Assembly (NCBI GenBank): GCA_036172245.1
Contig: JAYWIR010000013.1
Location: 2,232,001-2,296,000, forward strand
Origin: Raillietiella orientalis
Lineage: Eukaryota
DNA length: 64,000 nucleotides
Direction: 5' to 3'
Below are positions 1 to 12,200 of this stretch, in pieces. Position numbers and translations under genes: made by a program. Below the pieces are notes generated by a model. That model was not told where the DNA came from. It made no database searches and worked only from the letters and a program-made list of their open reading frames with translations. Position 1 is the stretch's first letter; each line of letters starts with the position of its first letter.

Positions 1-3000
1 GGCGCGTCCTGCGGGCTGTGGCCGAGGTCCGCGGGTGGTCATTCGAGGTGGAGCTGCAAATCCGGGACCTCGGCGAGTGCTACAGGGCCCTGAGGATGTG
101 GGGCGTCGAGGTGAGCGGGCGGGCGGTGTCCACGATGTCCCTTTCGGAGCCGCGCGGTTCCCCCCGCAGGTCGGTGAGATCGAGGGCAGGGCAGTCGCGG
201 GCCTGCCCGCCGCCTGGCGCAGGCTCGTCGGCGCAGCGGAGGCGGCCGACGCGCAGCTGTCCGGCCAGAAGGAAGCGCTCAGAGCTGCCACGCGGCTGGG
301 CGTCGAGGACTTGCAGCGGAGTGCAAACGAGCTTCACTCGCGCCTGGGCAGGAGCCAACTGGACGCCCCCGAGGGCGGGGACTTGGACGCCGTCTTCAGG
401 TCGCTGCAGGTCAGTGCCGACGCGTCAGCTTTGCTCTCTTCGCGCTGGCGGGGAGCGAACTCAAGCGGCCACGAAGCCGGCCAATCGCGTCCGCGCACCC
501 CCGGCAGAGGCCAATCGGCGCGCACGTTCACCCTTCCCGTCCAGTCCGCCAAAGTTCCGCGCACCCGAGGGGAGTCCGAGGCCTCTCCCCTCCGGAGGAC
601 GGGTGACTGGAGCCCGGGAGCAGCCGCGTTTCCGGCGACGCGAGCGAAAAACGGCGCAGCCTCCTACCCTCCCAGGTCATCGTCCCGGAGATGGCGCGCC
701 TTTCGCGCACCCCTATCTCAGCGGTCGCAAGGGGCGCACGGGGAAGGGCAGCTCTTCCCGGGTGGACCCGGAAACTCCTCCTTCTTTCCGCCAGGCATCG
801 CCTCGCTCTTTGGACGGCGGCATCTCTTCTGCTCCTAGCGCGCCTCGGAGCGGCGGCTCCCTCCTCTGCCGGCGGCAACAATTGCAACTTCCCCTCTCCC
901 CCTCCTTCTCTGTGTTGGTGTTCCTCGGGGGGAGAGTGCCCCGAGGCACCCTCCCTGGTTACCGCCAGGATGCGCCAGCGCCTCAGGCTCCATCCTGGAC
1001 CACCCTCCTCCACGGCACCGCGTTGTCCCCGAATCCCTGCATTCGCACCAGGGAGGCGCGGGGACGGGGTGTTCCCTTCCCCGGGGGGGGAGGCCGCTCT
1101 TGGGCGCGCCTCGGAGCGGGTGACGACGGGCACGGAGCAATTTCCCTCCCCCCTCCTGGTGCTCCATCTCCGCAGCCGCGGCCGAACTGCGCCTCAGATG
1201 GGCGCGCGGTCGTCGTCGTTGCAGAGCTGCGCGTAGCTGTCGCTGCGGCGCTGCTGCCATCTCGCCGACTGCCTTCCGCTCACGCGCCGCTCTGCGCGCT
1301 GGGACCCTGAGAGGCGGGCGGCCTTTGCTCAGTGTCGCCGCCCGCCCGCGCGTGCCGCGGGGAGAAGGAGGGGGGAGGGAGGAGAGGAGACGCAGCGCCT
1401 CGCCCCGCCCTCCGCTCAGCAGCAGTGTTTTCTCCTGTTCTTCTGGCTGCAGGGCTTCAAGGAGGAGTTCGCCGTTCTGGAAGCGAGGCGGCAGGAGCTG
1501 GTCAGCGCGGAAAGGCTCCTCGGCCTGCCGGTCACCGCCTACCCCAAGCACTCGGATGTGCAGAGGCGCCTCGAGGCCACCGACTGCATCTTCGCGCTCT
1601 ACAGCCGGCTGAAGGTAACGCGCGCGAGCGTCCACCCTCCCTTGGGTATCCGCCCGCCGCTATCTTGGAAAAACAAGGGGCTGCCCCCGACGGGGTCGCG
1701 GCGACGACAGACCTACCGACGGACGCCGCGGGTGCTCTCCCGACAGCGAGCGCTCCCTTGCCACCCGCCTTCCACGGGGCTGAGCTTTTCGTGGCACTGG
1801 AACCTATCCGGGACTCCAGCGACGTTCCTGCCTTGCCGGAGCAGTCGCTCTGTCGCGTCGGCAGCGCCGGGAGGCATCGGTGGAAGCTGGCTGGAGGGTC
1901 CGGAGGGCACCCCTTGTTCGTGTGGGGAGTCGCCCTGGAGAGCTTTCCCCTTCGCTGCGGGCCGTTGCTCCCTAGTCATCCCTAGGGATGCTGGCATGCG
2001 GCGGCCCAGGCTGGAGGCGAGTCGAGCAGCGGCCGGCCGGGACTGCACCGCTCCGGGCATTTTCCCCAATGTTGTGCTCAGTGGCACGCGTTCTGAACCG
2101 GAGCCAGGCTTGGACGGGTCGCCGCGTCCCTGGGCGGGAACGCGCGCAAGACGTGGCCCGGAGCGACTTCCGGCAACGGACGGACGGTCCTTCACTGCAC
2201 CTGCGGCGCCAGCACTTCTTTGGCGACAGGAGGCGGTTTCAGCTTGCCGCTGACGAGTGGTCCAAGACGCTGTGGGTGCACCTGGACGCGGACGTCCTGG
2301 CCAGGGCGGCGGGTTCCTTCCTCGAGGCCTTGGAAGCTTTCCCTGCGAGCACCAGAGCTCTGCCCCTGTGCCGGTGCCTTCAAGACCGCGTGGAGGACTT
2401 CAAGGCCACCATCCCTCTGCTGGTGGAGCTCAAGTCCGAGGCTTTGCGGAAGCGGCACTGGCGAGCGCTGATGGAGGCGACAGGTAGGGGCGGGGCGGGT
2501 GCGCGCGACCACGGGGCGAACCGGGCGCCGGGCTTTGCAGGCACCTCCTTCCACGTGGACCAGCAGCTCTCCCTGGGCACCTTGCTTGCCGCGGACCTGC
2601 ACAAGGTGCCCGCCGTCGTGTCCGCCATCGTGGAGGCGGCCACCAAGGAGATGTGTATCGAAGCGGCCATCTCCGAGATGTCCGAGGTGAGCGCCTCCTG
2701 GAGGGAGGACGGGAGGGAGGGCAGGGGGATGGGTTGGGCAGCCCTGCAACCGACCCTCCCGCGCTGCGCACGGAAAGCGGACCCCATTGGGCGTTTCAGA
2801 AATGGGGGAGGCTCGAGTTCCACGTGGTGCCGTTCGTCAAAAACTCCTCGCGACGAGGGCACGTGCTGACCGAGGTCGAAGGCGTCTTCGAGGTCCTGGA
2901 GGACCACCTGATGCGCCTGCAGAACATGAGCTTGTCGAGGTGAGGCGCTAGCAACAGGCCGTGCGCCGTTCGGAGCGCCGCCCCCGAAACAGGCACGCGG

Positions 3001-6000
3001 TGCCCTTCCTGCGAGACGTGCAGGAGTGGGAGCGTAGCCTGTCCCGCATACTTGAAGTCCTGGAAGTTTGGCTGGAGGTTCAGAGGAGGTGGATGTACCT
3101 GGAAGGGACGCTGCTGGACGGGGACGTCAGAACCCATCTGCCGGCGGAGGTCGAGTACTTCGACTCCTTGGACGCGGCGTTCAGAGAGGTGAGAGGGGTG
3201 CGACCCTCCTGCGCGCTGGGCCAGGAGAGGTCGGGAGACACGCGGCGCCCGCCGAACCCCGCAGATCATGGAGGGCGTTTGCGAGCAGCCCCTCGTCCGG
3301 AGGCAGTGCCTGGCTCCCGGCCGCCTGCAGGAGCTGACGCGCCTGAACGGGGACCTGGACAGGTGTCAGAAGATGCTCGTTGCCTACCTGGATGCAGGGA
3401 GGCGCGCCTTCGCCAGGTTCTTCTTCGTCTCGGACGAGGAGCTGTTCCTCATCCTCGGCAGCAAGGAGCCGCACGCCATCCAGGAATACACACCCAAGGT
3501 ACGCCCGCGCGGGGCTCTTCCGACCGCATCCGCGGCCTCCTCCTTTTCCTCCCCCGGCGCAGATGTTCGACCGCGTCCGCGAGCTGGGCATTGGCGGAGA
3601 GCCCGACCACTGCCGGTGGAGCGTGGCGTCGCTCGTCTCCTGCGAGGGCGAGGAGCTTCCCTTCCGCCAGCACGTACCGGTCTCCGGGAAGGTGGAGCAG
3701 TGGATGAGCGCGGTCGTCGCCGAGATGCAGAGTTCCAGCTGCTTCGCGACCAAGAAGGCCATCTACGAGTACGCCAAGACGGGGAAGCCGAGGTGAGTCG
3801 GGGGACACGCGCCGCCGCCGCCGCCGCCGCGTTGGCGCCCACCCACTCCCGCTCCCTCCTGCCGGATCTCCAGGGCTGCCTGGATATCCGACTACCAAGT
3901 CATGGTGGCGCTGTCTGCCAGCGAGGTGTGGTGGACCGCGGAGGTGGAGCACGTCTTTGAGGAAATCCAGCAGGTATGGAAGGGCGCGCTCTGGCGTTCT
4001 CCATCTCAACCCGCTTTCACGCAAGGGCGCGAGAGAGGCCATGAGGCGCTACCTCCACACGCTGAACGAGGGCATCGAGCAGCTCGTCCTCCGGGTCAGG
4101 TCTCCCCTGGGGAACAACGACAGGACCAAGTGCGGCGCCGCGCTCACCGTCGACGCCCACAGGAGGGAACTGGTCGAGTCTTTCGTGCAAAACAAGTAAG
4201 CGGTGGCCATCGAAGCGATCTCCCTTCTTCAAAAGCGCACCTTTCTACCCCCCCTCGTGCAGCGTTGTCAGGGCTGACGATTTTCACTGGGAGTCGCAGC
4301 TGCGCTTCTACTGGTGCTCCGAGTCGGACGACTTGTGGGTGCGCCAGTGCAGCGGTGAGTTCCCTCCGATCGCCGGGATGGCGTCACCGCGGGCGTATGT
4401 GTCCTCAGGAAAGTTTCAGTACGGCTTCGAGTACGTGGGTCTGCAGGGCAGGCTCGCGGCCACTCCGCTGACCGACCGGGTTCGCCTGACGCTCACTCGC
4501 GCGCTGTCCGCGTGCCTCGGAGGCGCCCTCGCAGGTTCGGCGGGCGTCCCCTCTCGCAGGCCCGGCACGCCTCCCGCATTCCAGGACCGTGCGCGTCCGG
4601 GAAAACGGAAACGGTCAAGGACCTTGCCAGGACCCTGGGTCTCCTGTGTGTGGTCACGAACTGCGGAGAAGGGATGGACTCCAAGATGATCGGCCGGACC
4701 CTGTCCGGTCTGGTCCAGTGCGGAGCGTGGGGCTGCTTCGACGAGATCAACCGCATCGACGTCTCTGTCCTGTCCGTCGTCTCCACGCATGTCCAGTCCA
4801 TACGACACGCGCTCCTGGCGCAGCTGCAGCGCTTCTCGGTCAGTGAGGTCAAGGTTGGGGGTGAGGAACGGGCGTCCGCGACAACGCGAGCTCCCCAGTT
4901 CGAAGGCTGCGACGTCGCGCTGGACGCGAAGGTGGGCATCTTCGCCACCATGCACCCCGGCCACGCGGCAAGAGGGGCAGACTTGCCGCAGTCTGTGAAG
5001 TCTCTGTTTCGACCGGTCGCCTGCGTGATCCCCGACCTGAAGGTCATCTCTTACGTGGTCCTCCTCGCGGAAGGATTCTTGACGGCGAAGGTGAGATGGC
5101 GCGCGCACGCGGTGCCGACGCCCTTCCCACATCCTCCCCCCATGTCTCTCTTTCTCCCTTTGTCTCTTGCACATGTCAGGTTCTGTCCAAGAAGGCGACG
5201 GCGCTCTACAGGCTGTCGCAAGCCCAGCTGTCTCAGCAGCACCACTACGATTTTGGTCTGCGAGCACTCAAGTCTGTGCTGACCGCGGCCGGAGGACTGC
5301 GGCGCGCTCTTCCCGAGGTTTCCGAGGAGATCCTGCTGATGCGAGCTCTCAGGTGCCCTTGATTTGCCCTCTCTCGACCGCGGGTATGGGGTCGGTGCGT
5401 CCTCGGGGAGCGTCCGATGCGGCTGACCCGACCGACCGCTTTTTGTTTGCCATCCCCCCCGTTTCCAGGGACACGAATCTGCCCAAGCTGGTCTGTGAGG
5501 ACGCGCCCCTGTTTCTGGGCCTGCTAGCCGATCTCTTTCCCGGGCTGACGTCCTCCAAGGTCGCGAGTCCCGAGCTGCGCTCCTCGATCGAGGAGTCCGT
5601 CGGCGGGGACGGGCATGGGGTCGTCCCTGCCCAGGTCGACAAGATCGTGCAGCTCCACGAGACGCTGCTCGCAAGGCACTGCGCGATGGTCGTGGGGCCG
5701 ACGGAGGTGGGGAAGACGGTGATGATCCGTGCCCTGGCGGACGCGCGCACCAGAATGGGGACGCCGACCAAACTGTGCGTCCTCAACCCGAAGGTGAGCC
5801 AGCGGCTCTGTTCGCGCCTCTCACGGGACGGCCGGGGGTCGGCGCAGGCCTACAGCGTGACGGAGCTCTACGGGTCGTTTCATCCGTCCACGTGCGAGTG
5901 GACGGACGGCATCCTGTCCAGGATCTTCCGCGACATCAACAGGCCCTCGGAGAGATGCGAGCGCAGCTTCCTGGTGTTCGACGGAGACGTCGACTCCTCG

Positions 6001-6219
6001 TGGGTGGAAAACATGAACTCCGTAATGGACGACAGCAAGGTGCTCACGCTGCCCAACGGCGAGCGGATCGGGCTGCACGACTCCAGCGACATCGTCTTCG
6101 AGGTTAAATCCCCCTCCCCTTCCTTCCTTCACCCTCGGATTCAACGCGGCGTCTCTTCCCCCTTTCTCCTCTGCCGCAGGTGGCCGACCTGCAGTATGTC
6201 TCTCCCGCCACCGTCTCCC
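1..6219 (+). repeat. Left arm of a large inverted duplication; continues off the window start
   Basis: Reverse complement of 23539-29757 (x pairs with 29758-x). Mirrored ORFs have identical sequence apart from substitutions at 1087/28671 and 2710/27048. Confidence 0.97.
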
Positions 6220-9200
6220 GCTGCGGGGTGGTGTACGTCGACCCCAGGGACCTGGGATGCGAGCCGTACTGGGACCAGTGGATGCGTGAGTTCCCGTACA
6301 ACGACCACAAGATCGAGCTGCAGGCTCTGTACCAAAAATACGTTCCTGCTATCTTGAGTGCGGTGCTGGGCGGCGGCGGCGAGGAAGGACCGGCGTTGCG
6401 GCTGATGGTTGCCGTGGCGCCGCTGAGCATGGTACGCTTTGGGAAGGCTGCCGCGGCCCGGGGGAACGGAGCGTGGTGCCTCATCGCGTGCTGCGCTTTG
6501 CGTCCAGGTGACCCAGCTGTGCCACCTCCTGGCCGGCATGTGGAACGCGGACGTCGCGTCGGAGGATGCCGAGAGCATCTTCATCTTCACCCTGTACTGG
6601 TCTTTGGGGGCCGCAGTCGCCGAGAGCGACAGGCCCAAGTTCGACCTACAGGTCAAGGAGCTGTCCCGTTGGCCGCTGCTCGACGACTCGGCGGAGGAAC
6701 CTGCCAGGAGAGGTGGGCACGCGCGTCCCCCTCGCGCTTCCATGAGTTCCCGAGCGCGGCGGTGCGTGTGACCCGCAGGTGAGCTTCCAGCTTCCCACGC
6801 CTCCCTATACGACTACTACTGGGACGTCGGGGAGCGTTGCTGGCGGCCCTGGGCTAGCGCCGTCCCCGAGTACGTCCACGACGGGAGCCGCAGGTTTAGC
6901 GACATCTTGGTCCCCACCGTGGATGGAACGCGCACGGCGCGCTTCTTGGAGCTCTTCGTCAAGGTCTGGCCTGCTCGCCCCTTGGACTTTCCCTTTCGAT
7001 TACCCTTTCTTCCCGTGCGCAGCTACAGCAGCCCGTTCTCGTGGTGGGCGCGATGGCTTCCGGCAAGACCTCGGCGGTCCGTGGCTTCCTGAGCGCGCTG
7101 GACCCGGGTTCACACGTGAGTCGACGCCCGAATGCGAGGAGCGAACGCTACCTCTGGTGCAGTGCTTCCTGCGGCTCAACTTTTCATCTAAGACCACGGC
7201 GAGAGACACGCAGCACGCAATCAGGGTCGCCATGGAGAAGCGTTCCAAACATGTATACGGTCCTCCTCCGGGGAAGAAGCTGCTCGTCTTCGTCGACGAC
7301 ATCCACATGCCCCAGGTGCGGCCGTCCCGCCTGCTCCGGCGTGCCTCAGGCTCTCGGAAGGATGGGGAGCCGACCGACGGACGTCGCTTTCTCAGGGAGA
7401 TCGCTCGCGAACCGCCCCCTCCGGGCGTCGCGGTCTCCCGGCGCGGGAGCGCGTTCGCTCCCGCTATCAACCGGGATGCTCTGCCGGGCCGCTCCTCGCG
7501 GACCGGAAGGCTCCCCGAGAGGGCGTCGGAGGAAGGACCTTCCGCAAAGGAGGATCGGGGCTCTTCCGGTCAAAAGAGGAGGAAAAGCAGGATGGCGGTC
7601 TCTCGTCCTGCGCAGCGCGGCCTGGGCCAGCTGGCCGCCCTTGCGCACCTTCCGGCTGACGGCGAGGGACGGAAGGGGACGGGGGCGCATCCATACTAGT
7701 TGGCGCGGGTCTTCGTGCTGCCCTTCAGGGCTGCTCCGCTTTGCTCTGGGAGATCCCGCGCTCGCGTCTGGAAGGGCGGAACGGCGGTCGATACTCCCTC
7801 TCCGGGCCGCTGGCGCCCGTCGAGGGAAAATTGGCCTCGAGGCACCTGGAAGCTGCTGTTCCTCCCTTTCGCTCGGCCGTGACCTTCGCGCGCGGGGGTC
7901 TCTCTCGCTGACCTGGGCGTGTGCGCGGCGGCACCTCGGGCCGGTCGTCTTCGCGAGAGGGCACTCCCAGGAGTCAAGGGATATGGCGCGCGCGTGCATG
8001 GCCCAACTCCTGTGCTGATATTCCGCAGGTCGACCCCTACGGGACGCAGCAGCCGATCGCACTGCTGAAGCTCCTGATCGAGCAAGGAGGGCTGTACGAC
8101 CGGGACAAGGACCTCTCGTGGACCTCCTTCAAGGACTTGGGTGAACACCTGCTCCGAGGCAGGGAAGGGGGGAAGTGACCTCCGTGGACTCTTCCAGAGC
8201 TGGTGGCCGCCATGTCCGTTCTTGGAGGTGCGCAGCATGGCGTCGACTCCCGCTTCCTCTCCAAGTTTTCCGTCGTCGTCACGCCCGCCCCTGAGGGCGA
8301 GACGCTCCGACGCGTGAACGACGCCATCCTGTCTGGCCACTACGAGCCGTTCCCGGAGGAGGTGCGGGCCATCGTCCCGAGGTTGGTGGACGCCACCCTG
8401 GAACTGTACACGGTACGGAGCCGCTGCCGTCCCTTCGCGCCCCCCAGCACGCGCCGGCATCGGGCCAGTTAGCCTCCGTAGACCCGAACCCCGGTGCGGG
8501 CGTTTCCTGAAACGCGCGCGCTCCTCCCGGTCTCCATGTGATTGCCCGCTCCGCAGATGCTGCTCGCTGAGTACCCCCCTACCCCGAGGCACTTTCATTA
8601 CCTCTTCAGCATGCGCGACCTCTCCCGGATCACCGCCGGCTTGCTGCTGTCCAGCCCGGAGCGCTTCCCGGACCCGCAGCACGTTGTCCGCCACTGGAGG
8701 AACGAGTGCTGTCGGGTCATCTGCGACCGCCTGGTCGAGGAGAACGCAAGTGGTCCCCTCCGTCCCTCGGTCTCCGTCGACGAGTCGCTTTCCAGGACAA
8801 GTCGCGCTTCCAGGACATGGTGGCGGGCGTGTGCGACGAGTACTTTCCCCGCGAGAGGGCGTACGCGCTGCAGGACCCCGTTCTGTTTGGGGACTTCCGG
8901 AACGCCCTGAGCCCTGGGCAGCCGCGCCTATATGAGGACCTCCAGGACTACGAGGCGGTCATGGCGCTCCTGCAGGAGGTAGGTGGAGGACGCGCGCGGC
9001 GGCGGCGGCGGCGACTCTGCTCTCCTCCCTTCCCTCTCCTTGCGCAGATCCTCGAGGAGTACAACGGCGCGCACCCCGGGATGAAGATGGTGCTGTTCGA
9101 CGACGCCCTGGAGCACGTCACGCACATCCACCGGATCCTGCGCATGGACGCTGGCCACGTGCTGCTGGTCGGCGTCGGCGGCAGCGGGAAGCAGAGTCTG

Positions 9201-12200
9201 GCGAAGCTGGCCATCTACGCCGCCGGTGACGCTGCGACAGGCCGACTGCTTTCCTTCATTTTCCCTTTACCCCCTTCCGTTCGCAGGTCACGACAGGTTC
9301 CAGGTGATGGCCCGCAGCGACTACAACGAGCTCTCGTTCAGAGAAGACCTCAAGAGGCTGCAGCGCTCGCTGGGGGTCGAGGAGCGGCCCGTGACCCTGT
9401 TGCTCACGGACACACACGGCGTCGACGAGCGCTTCCTCGAGCCCGTGAACCAGCTTCTCGTCTCCGGAACCGTTCAGGACCTCTTCAGCGACCAGGAGAG
9501 GGAGGTCCTGTGCGCCGCCGTCCGGAAGCAGCATCCCCCCCTGGCCACGTGAGCGGGTCACCCGTCCACGCCGAGACCCTCACTCTGCCTCTGCGCGTTC
9601 CAGGGGGGCGGCAGGGGAGGACGTATGGCCTTACTTCCTGAGAAGGTGCTCCTCAAACCTCCGCGTTGTCCTGATCGTGTCGCCTTCCGGCGACAAGCTG
9701 AGGACCTGCTGGAGGAACTTCCCAGGGATCGCGAGCAGCACCCACGTCTTGTGGCTGACCCCATGGCCCGACCGGGCTCTCCGTGCGGTCGCCCGCTTCT
9801 TCCTGAGCGACGTGAGTGACGACCCGCCACCCCCAAGAAGAGCAAGGGAGGAGGGCGAGGGGGGGGGAGGAAGGTGGAAGTCATCTCTTCTCATCTGTTT
9901 CTCTCTCTCTCTCTCTCTCCGAAACAGCACCCGCTGCTACCCTCGGCGGACATGGACAAGCTGGTGGATTACGCGGTTTCCGTGCACCGGTCGGTCGAAG
10001 AGCACAGCGAGACCTTCTTCCGCGTGCTGCGCAGGACCAACCACCTGACGCCCAAGCATTACCTGGACTTTGTCGCCTCCTGCACCAAGCTGCTGGAGGA
10101 CCGGGACGCCCGCATCACCAGACAGTGCGAGAGGCTGATGGGCGGGCTGAACAAGATATCGGAGGCCCGCCTGCAGCTGGCTGAGCTCCATGGGCAGCTG
10201 AAGAAGCAGCGCGCGGCCTTGACCGACAAGACGAGGGCGTGCGAGCTCCTGCTCGAGGAGATCGAAAAGGGTGAGGGAGGGCGGCAAGTCGGCCGCGCGC
10301 CCCCGAGACACCTGCCCGAGGTGCCCGTCGCGGACAGCTGCGTTCCTCCGCAGCCCAGGGCGGGCGATTGCGCGCGGCAACGGGGGAGCGCAGGAAACGG
10401 CGCTGCGGAGCACCCGATTGTCTCTCCCCGCGCGCGTTCGTCTCTTCTTAGCGCGCGGAGGGTAGCCTCCACTCGGAGCCACGACCACCTGACCCTCTGA
10501 ACGTGGCCAACCTCGGTTCGATCGCCTAGACGCCTGCGTGCCTGCCTTCGGGGCTCCCTTCGCCCGCCCGCGTTTTGCATGGTTGCGGGGCACGTGCTCG
10601 GCGCCACGGGGCCTCCTTCGCCGCTGGCAGGACAGCGCTCTTCGACGCACTTCTTCAGGCACCCAGGAGGCAACCAACAAGAAGAGGGACGTGGAGTTCA
10701 AGTCCGTGCAGATCGAGGCCCAGAAGGAGGAGATCATGTTCCAGAAGATCCAGGCAGAGAAGGTGCTGCAGGACGCGCTTCCGGCGCTGGAGGCGGCGAG
10801 GGCGGCCCTGCAGGAACTCGACAAGGGCGACATAACGGAGATCAGGTAGCGTGCCGCCGCCTCTCCACCCAAGAGGGGCGCCGCGCTGCTCCGCAGGTCC
10901 TTCGCGACCCCGCCGCTGCCGGTGCAAATCGTGTCCGAGTGCATCGTTATCATCAAGGGGAGCAAGGAGGTCTCCTGGAAGACCGCCAAGGGAATGATGA
11001 CCGACCCCAACTTTCTAAAGTCCCTGGTGGAGTTGGACGCCAACCTGATCTCCTTCAGGCAGGTCCAGGCGGTAAAGGCCTCCCTGAAGGTAAGGGAGGT
11101 TGCCCCGACGGGACCGCGGGAGGGGGCTGCTGCGCACCCACTACTCTTCCAGAACATGAACATGAGCCTGGAAGCGATGCAGTCCATTAGCCGAGCCGGG
11201 GCAGGACTGCTCAAGTTCGTCCTCGCGACGGTGGCTTACTGTGACGTGAACCGGGAGGTGAGGCCCAAGCGGGAGCGCGCGGAGAGACTAGAGAAGTCGT
11301 ACAGCATCGTGAGTGCCCGGTCGCCCCCTCGGGGCACCTCCAACCCCGGTGCGCCCGCAGACCAAGGAAGAGCTCGAGCACCTGAAGGGGGAGATCGAGC
11401 ACCTGGAGGCCCAGATCCGGATGCTGAGCGCCCAGTACGAGGACGCCGTCGAGGAAAGGCGGAAGCTATCGGAGGAAACGGAAACGATGCTGCGCCGCAT
11501 CGTGGCGGCGGACAAGCTGATCGCCGGGTTGAACTCCGAGAACCAGAGGTCGGCACCGCCTCCCTTCGGAGGCACCTGCTGCGCCGCGTCCACCCTCTTT
11601 CCTCCCCGTGGGAGCTCCGCCGGCGGAACCGGCGCGCGCCCTCTGGAGGGAGGGGAGGGGGACCTCTTCCCCCGCTTTTCGTTTCCAGTCCCCTTCCCAC
11701 GGAGAGGTCGAGAAACAGGAAGCGCCCCGGCGCAGCGTCTTCAGCAGCCGTGCGGTTTCCACCTCCGCCTTCGGTGGGAGCCGCCTCAAGCGCGGCCGGA
11801 ACGCCCTCTTGTGTTTTTTTTTCTTCTTTCCCTCCTCTCCTCCTCCTCTTCCCTCTTTATATCTCTCTCTCTCTCTTGCCTTCCCTCTTCGCCTCGTCGA
11901 GCGGTCTAAAGCTTCCCCTGCGCCTGACCACCTTCCTCCCGCTGTCCGTCCGTCGTCTCGTTCCGCTGAGGCGGCTGCTCGCGCGCCACCTCAGCCGAAC
12001 GAGAGCAGGGCAGCCAGCAGCGAAGCGGGCGCTAAGCCGACCTCTCCGCCGGCAGGTGGAAGTCCGACCTGAGCGACCTCAAGGAGAAGCGCCGGAAGCT
12101 GGTCGGGGACTGCCTGCTGTGCGCCGGTTTCCTGTCGTACCTGTGCGCGTTTAGCTGGGAGTTCCGGAACCAGATGATGCAGGAGGAATGGAAGGAACTG

